Origin: Auanema rhodensis
Lineage: Eukaryota; Animalia; Nematoda
NCBI GenBank assembly: GCA_964057225.1
Contig: OZ059898.1
Span: forward strand, 12,710,001-12,774,000
Length of the DNA: 64,000 nt
Direction of reading: 5' to 3'
Positions within the stretch are counted from its first letter, which is position 1; each line of letters starts with the position of its first letter. This document shows, piece after piece, positions 28,879-40,564 of this stretch. The position numbers and the translations under genes were made by a program. The notes below the pieces were generated by a model. That model saw nothing but the letters and a program-made list of their open reading frames with translations, did no database searches and was not told the origin of the DNA.

Positions 28879-29605
28879 ATGGATGCGAACACTGAGTTAA
28901 CATCAACAGACCAATCCGTCTATGGACTGGTAGTCTTCCTTGTCATATTTCTTCTTTTTGCAACATTAACATCTGGATTGCTTGTATGCTTAACCAAAAT
29001 CTGGTGTGGCTTCAAGCCGTCTTCACCACCTCCACAGCTTACAGAGGTTGGACTCTAATAACTATGTAACAACTCACTTATTCGGGTTCAGAAACAAAGA
29101 CAATCAATTCTTCGTTCACCTGCATTTGGAGATGAAGAAGATAGTGAGGACGAGAGTGTGAGCGCCCCACATAATATAAGTGGACGTAGATTTTGTGAGT
29201 GAATGTTGCTAAATACTCCTTTAACCTGATAACATTGCAGCACAAAGAATAATGAGTTACGTTCAAAAGTCTTTGGGTGATAAACGAGATAAGGAGAAAG
29301 AGGTATGTACGCTCTTTATCTTTGAGTACGGTATACTGTATACTGTATGCAGCATACAGTAGGCAGCATACCGTATACCACTCGGTTTCGGTGCCGACAT
29401 TTATGAAAATATCTTCAAACCAAATATTACAGCCAGAGCCAGCATCAGTACCACTACCCGAAATATATGGAGCAGAAAATGTGCCGACAATTGAGGTTTG
29501 TTTTCATGTTTTTATTTCCAATTTCAATATTATTATAAACTTCTTCAGATAGGAAATGCTATCGATGGTACTGACCACGACCCTGCCACCATTGTTCACG
29601 TATAA
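28879..29605 (+). CDS. Small single-pass transmembrane protein, 4 exons, 117 aa, unknown function
   Basis: Exons 28879-29046, 29092-29157, 29433-29495 and 29549-29605, all joined by phase-0 GT-AG introns (45, 275, 53 nt). A TTTAG acceptor lies just upstream of the ATG and AATAAA is at 29612. Protein: MDANTELTSTDQSVYGLVVFLVIFLLFATLTSGLLVCLTKIWCGFKPSSPPPQLTE|KQRQSILRSPAFGDEEDSEDES|PEPASVPLPEIYGAENVPTIE|IGNAIDGTDHDPATIVHV*. Confidence 0.75.
29327..29375. repeat. Near-perfect intronic palindrome (24-bp arms)
   Basis: TACGGTATACTGTATACTGTATGC-A-GCATACAGTAGGCAGCATACCGTA; 21 of 24 positions form Watson-Crick pairs. Confidence 0.8.
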
Positions 29606-30199
29606 ACCTATAATAAAATGGGAACAAAGGAATTATCAACAAATAAAACAATATAAGGAAGCGAGATCCGCCTGTTTCTCCAGGTTCAAGCCTTAATTCA
29701 ACTAAAAAAGGGAATTCGACCTTTTTTATTATAATCTTCAGTAACCACTACTATTATCTACATATAACTGTAAAACTGAAACTAACCTTTGTTTTCCTCT
29801 TTACCTAACCTACAACTTTGTCTTGAGCATGTTTCAGTGAACCTGTAAATTTTCTGTAAAGTCATAAAATCAAGCGAAGTCCATTAGGCGACTTTTCGCT
29901 CTAAATAACGATTCAAAATAAAAGCTTTAATCTTGAAACATAACAGTTAGAATAAAAATGCACAATAAGCATTATAAACAACACACGTACGACTTCCTTG
30001 AACTTTTTTTGGATAACCCACTGTCCTACTATTGATACAAAAAATGAAACAGTGTAGTAACAAACAGTCGGAGAGAAGTGAATGAGGTCAACAATAATGA
30101 TTTAACAATACAATGATTACTTAAGCTGAAAGATTGACGAATTTTATGAGTACAAGATCGAGATTACGAAAACATAAAGCATCTATGATCATAATTGGA

Positions 30200-33100
30200 T
30201 TAACTATTGTGTGGTTGCCAAAATATTTCTTGATTACCGTTATTCACAGCGGGCTGGTTCCTGAAAATTGACTTTTCACTTTATATCATCACAATAATCG
30301 AATTTCTATTTCAAGTTATGAAATAGAAGACAAAAAAGCCCGATGTTTATTATGCGATAATAATATAACAATTATATTAATATCCGAAAATAAGAGAAAA
30401 AGGAAAAAACAGCGCTAGATAGTACTAGTTATTACCAAACACAAACTCACATATTTATCACAGGGGGAGGTATTGAAGTATCGATAACCGGGGGAGGTAC
30501 ACCGAAATGAGGCTGCACAAGTCCTGGAGGAGGAATTGCAGACACATCCATTGCGTTTGGAGCGAAAGACTGAAAGTTAAAATTTTAATCAAAAGTTTAT
30601 GTAAGCTTGAAACATACTTGAGTTGGTGGTGGAGTGGCGAAAGTTGGGGGAGGGAATGATAAGTCATGAACGGACATGTTTGATGATTGAACAAGTGGGG
30701 ACGGTATAAAAGGAGTATGAGATCGGAAAGCAGGGGAAGTCAATGGTGGGATGTCCGACACTCTACGAGAAGCCTGAAAAATCATTTACTCCATAAAATA
30801 ATTTAGTAGAAAATAATAACTACCAAGTTTCCAGCCTGATCTGATGGAATGTTAAGAGCGAGGGGTTGAGTGGAGGACTGATCACCAGCAGAAGAGGAAG
30901 AAGCAGCAGCAGCCTGAATACATCCTAAGATAAGAAACAATTTACAAGAAAACAAAATACCTTCTCCTTTCTCTTTAAGTGTAGCTTAGTGAGCTTGGCT
31001 CGCATTATAGCTTCAGCAACCATGGGTGAGGAAGCCTTCGCTTTCGATGATTCTCTAAGATTCCTCATTTCCTCTTCATCCTGGAATGCTTACGTCATTA
31101 TTATTTTTTCCTAGCATAATACAAACCAAGTCGATAACATCTTCAAGATCAAATACTGGAGGTACAGGTGGAACAGGTGTAGAAGCCACTGGTGATGCTA
31201 GAGGTAAATCTTCTATTTTCAAGCGTAAAAGTGGTCTTTGCCCAGCAGAACTTCAAAAAAAGAATAATATGAAAATTTGATCATGTAACATACTTAGATA
31301 TGGGAGGCGGAGGTACAGAATAGTCAGAAGTAACCTGGCTACCACCAGACATATTGATTGAAGTATTTGAGATTCCAGGCACAGGACTTGTTAATCCCTC
31401 ATTTGGTGGGGGAATGTTGAACGTTTGTAGCGTTCCACTGGATGGGGTAACGGGTGCTGGAGTTGATACAGTAGAAGAAGAAGCTGTCCCTTTTTGATCG
31501 AAAACGGGTGAAACAGTACTGGAAGGTGTTCCAGATATTGTTCCGGGAAAGCAACCAGTAGGTGCGCCTGATGATCCAACAGACCCGGCACTTCGCTGAA
31601 ACATAATTGTTACAAATAAATGTAAGCCAAAAACGCACCATAGAAGGAGATATAGAATCATCTAAGGGAGTAATGGAAACACGAAGCGGAGGTAAAACAG
31701 TCAACGGCTGAGCAACGGTGACTTAAATTAGAAAAAATGAAATATGCCAAACTGATCACACAACAATACATTTTCTTTGTGATACAGAAGACTGATCCTT
31801 CTCAGTACCCAAACCAATATTCTGAGCACGTCGTCTCCTGTGCTTCTTTTGAACCCACGGTCTAGCCTCCTCATTATACCTAAAAGCACATTATTATTAC
31901 ATTACGAAACAAACCTGCTAAAAAAACGCATGCATTATCGCAATGCTAATATGGGTTTCGAAATAAAAAATTAGATAAAAATTACAAAAGATACATAAAT
32001 AAGAAATAAAAAATGAACATCAAAATAAACAAAATGAACGAACCTAGCTACCAAGTCAATTGCATCTTGAATACGAGCGATTGGAGGTTCGATGAAGTAA
32101 ACTTCGTCCAACGGTTCAGCATCAGGAGCAGGAATAGACATTAAAGCTTTCATTTCCAGCATAGCTTCAGGAGGCATTATTGCTGTTCCATCATGACGAG
32201 CTTGACGAGCTTGTCTATCCAACATATCATCATCCGATGGAATAATAATAACACACTCAAATATAAATCAATGACAAATAATAGGATGAATACCAACCTT
32301 TCTACGGAATTCCTCAAACATCTGTAAACGCTTTTTTCTCACATCTCTCGATGTATTGCTCATATCAATTATGTAATTCCGTCTTCTACGAGCAGCAAGA
32401 AGCACCGATCTAACATGTTGTGTGTTATGAGAATATATTTATAGATATATCAGTACCTCTGCAGAGATTTTCCAATTAACCCCATTACCATGTCCCATCG
32501 ACCATGATGAGCGCGTCTTCGAGAAACGCCATTGATCTGTAATCGAACATTGTAATCTCTGTGAGAAGAACTTCAATTACCTTCATAGCAGCTAAAACGT
32601 TCTCGGATTGGATGACTGTCCATTGCTCAGTTGGGTGATCACGAAGGTATTGACGAACCCAAGTGGTTTTTCCAACTCCTGGAAGCCCAACCATCATTAG
32701 TACAGTACACTCCGATTTGCTTTCAGGTGCTTTAGGACTACGTTCTAGATCTCCTCGACCCAAAGACGCAGGAAATCTCCATATAGGATTTCTGAAAAGC
32801 AATAATAAACAAAGCACACTTTTTATAATATCATACTCTTTCCATTCTTCTTTCCCTCCAGGGAAATCTCCAAAGTTTACAGCAACTGAGCAATTCTTCA
32901 CGGAGATATGTGGATAAATAGCATTATCCGAAGGCAAAGAAATGTTTTTGAAAGCCTCTCCCATGAATTCCTCGTTGATCCAATAGGAAATTGTGCCCTT
33001 TGACAAATCCTGAAATAGATTCAAAGTTAAATTCAACTTATTGTGTTGAACTTACCACACAGGCAGTAACAACATCATTCAAATGAAATGGTTTTCCATA

Positions 33101-36100
33101 ATCAGAGAATTCAATAGAACTAGCACGTTTTCCAAGGGAAGTGATGCAATAAGAGTGAGCACTTTCCCCCAACTAAATAAAAGTATGTAAGCTAGAAGAT
33201 TAAAGAGACACTTACAATATTCGGAGCTTCTCGTAGAGAAAATCCAACACGTATATCATGAGGATCAAGTTCCTCGAATGGCAAATGCTTTGTTGACAGA
33301 AATTCAACAATCTAAGTGAATATTTGAAGTAAAACAAACAGCTTATTGTACTTACTTTGATTTGGAAAGCTATAACTGAGCCTAATGGAACATCATTCTC
33401 AATATCTTCATCATTTTTCCTCACATCCCTAGATGCATATTATAGATCATCAAACTTGTAACAAAATACTAACCTGAATGGCAAACGTATTCCATAATTA
33501 CTTTTAACGCCACCCCACATCAATGCTAAACCATCAGCATTTTCAGGTTCAATTAACCAATTTTTATCAGTAGCACCCTTGATATGTAAATCAGCGTTAT
33601 CTGAATAGAAAAAGTTTAAAAACATCATTCTACCCTGTTTCTCACAATAATCAGGTTCAATAGTTTCATCCGAAGGGAGCTTTTCTTCTTCAATAACCAC
33701 CTCCTTCTTCTTCTTTGGTTTAGAAATTCCAGCAGCAATCTCAAAAAGCATATCATCATCATCAGATGGTACAGGTTCCCCATGGTATTCAGGAGCAGGT
33801 TTTTCCTGTTCTTCGGGCTCATATTCTTCTTCCAAAGGAATTTGGGAATAGTGAGGTCCCGAATCTACTTTCACTAAAAAATAATAAATAATTTGAGCAT
33901 TTGAACATTCAACTAACCTTTGTCTTTCGGCTTATTTAACGATTCTAAAACATTTTTCGCTTTCATAAGAAGGTCCCTTGGGTTCAGCATCAAATCAACT
34001 CCTCTGAAGAAAAAATGAAATATGAAAATTGAATGACTAATAAGTAACTCACGCTCCACTATCTTTCTTAGTTGAATCTTCCTCCGTTTTTACCGATTTA
34101 CCGTCGTCCTTATGTTTAATTTTCGAAGAAACCTTGTTTGGAACATCAGTTTCTTGCACATCTTCATCACTTGCATCATCATCATCGTCCTCTTCATCTG
34201 GACGGCTACTGTCACTATATTCGTCTTCGTCATCAGTTGATGAACGACTTGTGCAAGGTGAGTACTAAAAAACAAGTTAATTCAATAGTAGAGAAGGGTT
34301 TAAAAAAAAGCTCACTTGCAGATTGGCTTCGTCCTCCTTTCCGGCAATAACAGAAGAGGGTACATATTCCGCGAAATCCTCAACAACAGATGCTTCTAAA
34401 GGATCGTATTCTTCCTCATCTCGATTTTCCAGTTTAATACAGTCGTATTTATTAGGGGTACAATTGAGATTCTGATTAAGAGGGTAAATAATTAATTAGT
34501 AACAAAATTAACTCATACCACAGCTTCAGAATTTATCACACAATCTAAAAGATAGTTAACACATTCTTGAACATCGCTTCGCACTGAAAACAAAACAAAA
34601 TTACTAGAAAAAAGAAGATATAAAACGTACATAACTCATCCTTTTTTTTATTTTCTTGGATTAACATCAACAGTGCTTGAGTAACTCCAACAACTAGACT
34701 GTTATCATTAGGTATAGGTTCTTCTTCAACCTTGGTGAGCAAAGGAGGAGTCGCACTAAATAAATCAAATAATTCTATAATTTCCAAATAACTAACCTTT
34801 CTGATGCAATTTGGCTAGTTTGATCAGATCCTTCATTCGAAAGCTTAATTCTCTTCAACAAAGAAAATGAGTTTTTTTAACTCTAAATCCAGAAATACCT
34901 CTTTCTCGATCTTTATATGATCAGGGACAGGACCTTTAGGAGGAGGTGGAGGAATTATTCTTGGCTGGGCTGCAGCTCCGGAAGCACAAGGCAAAACTTT
35001 AGGAGGGGCTGGTGGAGGTGGGATGAGAGAACGAGGGGCTATACAGACTAAGATATATAAAAAAGTAATAAAAAGGAGCCAAACCTGAAGTACTAAATGT
35101 CATTTCAACTTTCTTTGGTGGTGGAGGAGGTGGAACAAGAGCGCCAACTGTAGATGGTCCAGATTGAGACAACTTCTTTGGTGGTGGAGGCGGTGGGGGT
35201 AAAACCAAAGAAGGATCAGATCCCTTTCTTTTACCAGAACTTCCATCCATTGAAGTCATAATTGGAGCTACACGGTGATAACAAAAATAACATTACATCC
35301 ATAAATCACACTACCTTTGCCTAAAGACGAAGCAGCATTCCTCAATTCCATGATTCGCTCATGTTCCTTTTCAGCTTCTTCAATCTTTCTCTTTTTCTCT
35401 CCCAGTAAATAAGTTTGATCAACCATAATGCTTCCCAACAAATCTGTGTCATTTGAAGACGCAGATTTCTTAACAATTTGAGGTCGAGGAACTGAAAGAT
35501 ATTTTCACATAATTGGCAAACCACACTAAATTCAAACGTTTTTTATCTTCGTGCCGTTTCTCAGGATTCTTTTTTACTTCAATCTCCTTCTCAGTTCCTT
35601 CACCATTGCCCTCTGTTTTAACAACAGGAATACCTGGACTGATTTGGCTTGTTAACTTCTTATCACCTTCCTTCTGCTTCGACCTCTGTGAAAGTTGAAA
35701 TAAAATTAAATAATGCAAGATGTAGACATACCTCTGCCATAAGCTTAGCCCATTCATCAGCCACAGTTCTTCGCTCAGGTGGTCTGTTAAATTTGATCTT
35801 ATCCCTATCCTTTTCACGTTCCCGGTCACGTTCCCGATCACGGTCTCGTTCGCGATCACGCTCTCGTTCACGATCCTTATCATGATATCTAGATAAACAA
35901 AACAAAATTTGAACTAAACGTAGACTTTAAACCGACTTCTTTTCATATTTATCTACTCTATCCTTTGAACTAATAGAATGTCGCCTATCCTTTTTCTTCT
36001 TCTCGGGTTTCCAATCTTCCAAACAACGAATAAAAAAATAAATTGGAAAATTTAAATACCACTGTCGCCTTTTTCAAGAACGGCCAAAACTGGTGATTTA

Positions 36101-37075
36101 TTATAACTTGGAGATTCAGGAGGAGATTCAACAAAATCATCACTACAAAGTAACCGCACCTAAAATTTATGATTCGAGAAAAATTTTAAATAGTCAATAT
36201 ACCTCTTCTGTAACTTTTTTCGGGGGAATAACTTTTTCCCTACTAGGGGAAAATAGATTTTTACTCCTCGTACCATGCTTATGTCCTGGAGTTGAACGTT
36301 CTTCGGACTTAGCAGATGTCGGAAGTTGCCCCAATAAGGGAACGTCATCATCGCTATCGGTACTAGGACCGGCAACATCGTTAGAACATGATTCCTTTGC
36401 TGTGATAACAGTAATAGGAGATGTGGTACTTGGCGGAGGACCTTCTATCAAAGAAATGAAATGCTATCAGATCATAAAAAAATGATTTACCTTCATCACT
36501 TTCAGCATTGACCTCAGACTTAGGCTTATCCACTTTACGCTTCTTTGAGCTCTCTGATTTTGCAGATGGCTGCATAACATCGATTCAAAAATTATATAAC
36601 AATAAAAAATTACATTTGATCTTTTCTTTCTAGGTTTAGGAATATCCTCCGCTGAAGCGGGTTCTGTTTTAATCTCGTCTTTAGCAACTGGAGGAGCAAT
36701 AGCTGGAGTTTCAGGTTCAGGGTCCGGTTCTTCAGGTTTGACTACCTTTAAATTGAAAGAAATGGATAAGTATTTTGCAATACAAAGACTTACTGATTTC
36801 CTATTATTTTTTTTAGGTGGAGGGGAAACTATTGTAGGTTCTTCTACTATACTTTTACCAAGCAAAACAGCATCTGACAACCTATCAGCCAAAACTTGAC
36901 GAGCTCCATTTGTAGGCAGCCCTCGAATGTCAAGTTCCTTAAGCTTTTATAATGAAACCACTGAATATCAGTATTTAGCTACCTTTTTTAATCTACCAAT
37001 GTCTAATAATTGAATCATTGTAGGGTTCAAAGTAGGAGCTTCACCTCCGGCACTACGACGAGTGCGAGTGGACAT
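30200..37075 (-). CDS. hrpu-1: hnRNP U / SAF-A-like protein (SAP + SPRY + P-loop AAA_33-type domain, Pro-rich tail), multi-exon
   Basis: ATG at 37075 (MSTRTRRSAGG). SAP-like segment RLKKELDIRGLPTNGARQVLADRL. RE/RD repeat and poly-Pro linker. SPRY segments (LALMWGGVKSNYG; IYPHISVKNCSVAVNFG). Walker A MMVGLPGVGKTTWV. hnRNP U-type AARRRRNYIIDMSN...RKKRLQMFEEFRRK. The terminal exon ...QEIFWQPHNS* stops at 30200-30202. Not every internal intron was traced, and the hrpu-1 versus hrpu-2 assignment is tentative. Confidence 0.9.
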
Positions 37076-37112
37076 TGTATCAAAATATATAGAAATATGT
37101 AACTTACTAAAT

Positions 37113-37120
37113 CTGAAAAA
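37113..37120 (-). promoter_or_regulatory. Candidate trans-splice acceptor (TTTTTCAG) of the hnRNP U-like gene
   Basis: Consensus nematode 3' splice site 37 nt upstream of the ATG, with no upstream coding exon evident. Confidence 0.5.
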
Positions 37121-37700
37121 CGAACATTTTAAAAACTTATTAAAAAAAAGAGAAAAATCATAGAAAAATTCAAATCAGGCTTTGAAAATGGTTCCCCGCC
37201 TGTGTCATTTGTCTCAACTAATTTTTAATCAAACGACTACGAATTTTTGACTACCGTAACCCAAAAAAGAAAAAAGAATTTTTATACCAGAAAACAGGTA
37301 TTTTTCGTACTTTTGACAATTTTACTTTTATTGTTGCACTGTAATTAATTTTCTATGTCATAAATCAAACCTAAGACAAAACAAAATTTATTAAAAACTC
37401 GAAATAATAGATATCAGCTATGAGTACTAAGTGAAAGCTCTTAATTTAGAAAGGTAGCATACCCCGTGTAGTAGCAAATATTAAATGTACAACATGCATT
37501 CGATTTTAAGGCCTGAGGATTCACAGGGTCTTAATTCTTCACAAAATGAAGCTTCGATAGAGTATTGGGATCAACATATACAAATAGCAGAAAGGCCATC
37601 ACCAATAACACAATAATAACAATGATAATAAAAATAATGTTCAAAATTGATGACTAGATTTGCAGTCTTGATGAAGGGATGATATTACACAGCGAAATAT

Positions 37701-40564
37701 TCATACTGAGTTGTTTTGCTCTCGTTTTATACCGAGAAGAGAATCACCAAATGAGACAGGAGTTGTAAGTGATAGTAATAGATCCATAGAAGACTGTTGA
37801 CCAAGCTGCATTTGTGCGTTCACAAGAGCTTGAAGCAAACTGAGATCTGGAACCTGGAAAACAAAAAAATTAGTTTACATAGAATAAGCGGTAACAACAC
37901 CTCTGGCTGGGATAACCCGTTAGGATATTGAACTCTTGGCCTTTTTACTTCTGGGCTAGACTGAGAGTTAGATGAGGATTGGGAAGATTCGTCAATAGAT
38001 CGTTTCCTATCGGAATCTTCAAGGCACGAATAATCTGAAATGAAAGGGTTGACGATGAACTGAAAATGTGTTTCTCACCTGAGGATAGGCGAGGTTTTTC
38101 AAGCTGTATATTCATTCGCTTTTGGATCTGTTTATCTGTTATTAAATTAATTATAGAGTCACCAATGTTCAGGGATGACGCCACTCTAGTGAGGGAGGAA
38201 GCTACTAAAGTATTCATTACATTTTGCAATAATAAATAAGGATTTACCATTGCTTGTACCAAACATTTTCGCGGTGTCTCGTATGCGATACAATGATTGT
38301 ACCATATGATCAATAATATCATCTAATATATTCATTTGATGCATTTCAGACCAAAAAACTGGTGGATCTGAAAGAAAAAGTATTAATTAAAGATTATTAA
38401 TTAATACAATCTTACCTGTGTTCATCATTCGTAAATACTGTTCAGGGGGGAGCATCAAAGGAATTGGAGGAGATTCTGTTAAACTGTCATCAACATCCAC
38501 AACTTCTTCTTTGACTTCAGATTTAACGGCTCCATTAAGATGTTGATTATTATTATTGAGAACATTATTCCATTGCATCAATTGAGAAAACGTCGTAGCT
38601 TCTTTAAATAAATCTATAAATGAACACAAAACAACTTCATAGTCAATTGAACTTGTTGACTTACTTAAATTGCACTGTGTCTGACCCATAATTTGGTTAC
38701 TGAACAGGTTCGTAAAAACAGGAGCAGTTTTTTGAGAAGCAGAGCTACCGCGCCTGAAAAAGAGCAAACAAACAAATTTCGAGTTGTCCTTATTTGGAAT
38801 GTACCTGCTTTCACAGTCTTTTTCTTTAGGAGTGATATAATTTCTACTTTGACACTTAGCTGAGCACATTTGGGCATGATTATAAAAATCAAAAGTTCTC
38901 ATTTCCATGAGCGTTCTGAATAGAAAACATTTACAAGAACGTTACAACATTCGATCACAAACCTTAAATTAGACTTTCCAATTCGTATACTACCTTTCCA
39001 ATCCTTTTGCTTATCTTTATTAGCTCGGACTGTAAATTCCTTAGGACTAATCATTTCACCTGGAAGTTTTAATGTAAAACTCATGACAAACTGGAAAAAA
39101 TGAGACAACTAACCATTTAGTTCTATACAAGCCTGGTGTATTCCCGGACAACGAAACAATTCCAAATGCATTTTTGCATAGAGCGGCCCACATTTGATCT
39201 AAAAGATAAAGATGTCATAAAACGTGACTTCATTAGCACAATGGCTATTTAAACATGTTTCAAGCCCCTCATTTTGCTGCTTTTGGTCTTTTCAAGCGTT
39301 CATCCGTTAGTCTCTTTCCGTTCACAACCACTCTTACATGACTTGCTCTCACGCAACCGCGTGTTCCCTTAATAGCTCTTTTACACGACGGTTTCTCCAG
39401 ATCCTTTGAATTAGTTATCGTTTCTTGATATATCACTCTACTCCTCGTAATAAGTTTCAACGTCATCATCAGCAGAACGAAATGTTCCTCGAGCACCAAG
39501 CAATTTCAACCTCGTCGTCCAGTTTTGCTTTTTATAGTGCCCTGAGGCGAACAACGGGTTAGAAGCATTGCTCATCGGGCAACAGGCCGCGGATTATTTG
39601 GACAGTCGTTGACCACGGTCCCGACACGAGAATACTCGCGCACGCACGAGAATAGAAACACAAACAAACGCACTTGGAAAAACAAACAAAGCCAACGAAA
39701 GCCCTAAGGCGACAATTGCAACGCTGCTGGCTCAATATCACTAGCTCGATTGCACTTTTAAAAGACAACACAATCTTCGAAGCTTAAATCATACGACAGT
39801 CATACATCAAAGTTCACCACTTTCTGAGGGAAATTAATAAATCAGATTATTTTGATGACATTAGATTACACCTTCGAAAGGTTGAAAAGCTAGGACATTC
39901 ACAGTTAGATCAAACCGAAAGACAGTGCTATTGTGAGTAGCAGCTGTGGAAGATTCCTGTAGAACAGTAAACTATACTTACAATTCCATACCGGTTTTGC
40001 TATCTTTTTTTTGTATTTCCAGACACACATTCAATCCTCTGTACCTAAGAAAGGTAAGAATAGTTCTCGTCGCTGTCGGAGAATGCACTGTTGTCCTATA
40101 GTGTTCGCTTCAGAAATTCAAAGTGGAAAGCTGAGGGGACGAAAACGTGACGTTCTTTCTATTCGCAGCTCTCTCAGCGCTATTTCGGGCCTCTGCTGCT
40201 TGCACAAACAAATGAATCGTCCGAGCGCAATCTTTGCGATTTAACTGGCAGCGTCCGAACTGTTCACTCAAAATACATGACTACGCAACGAAAAGGAATT
40301 TTCGTTTCACGCAGTCTAAAAATAGCTCAGAATACTGGCTCTCCCGTTTTTCATTCAAATGACATCGATTACGAAATAAAAAAAAAGAAAATTATAGCGA
40401 GCACGAACCTCAATTACTTTTCCCGAATTTGGATCAATCGTTGTGTGTTCATCAATAATTTTGCCCATATCACGTATCCCATTTTCACTGACAGAATTTT
40501 CTTCATCTGTAGGGGTATCTGACGATGTTCTAGGTGAAGTGGACGATGCACTTTCATCTGGCAT
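37701..40564 (-). CDS. SAND (KDWK) domain transcription factor, GMEB-like, multi-exon
   Basis: Exon 1 (40409-40564, MPDESASSTSPRT...GKVIE) splices to 39114-39198 and then 39059 downward, giving IKCGPLYAKMHLELFRCPGIHQACIELNGEMISPKEFTVRANKDKQKDWKGSIRIGKSNLRTLMEMRTFDFYNHAQMCSAKCQSRNYI. This is a complete SAND domain with the KDWK motif plus a His/Cys segment. The last exon VPDLSLLQALVNAQ...KREQNNSV* stops at 37701-37703. Confidence 0.9.

Noticed and set aside
35649-35885. + strand ORF with an RSRSRS repeat (SR-protein-like)
   Set aside because: Antisense of the DRERER repeat in the hnRNP U-like gene.
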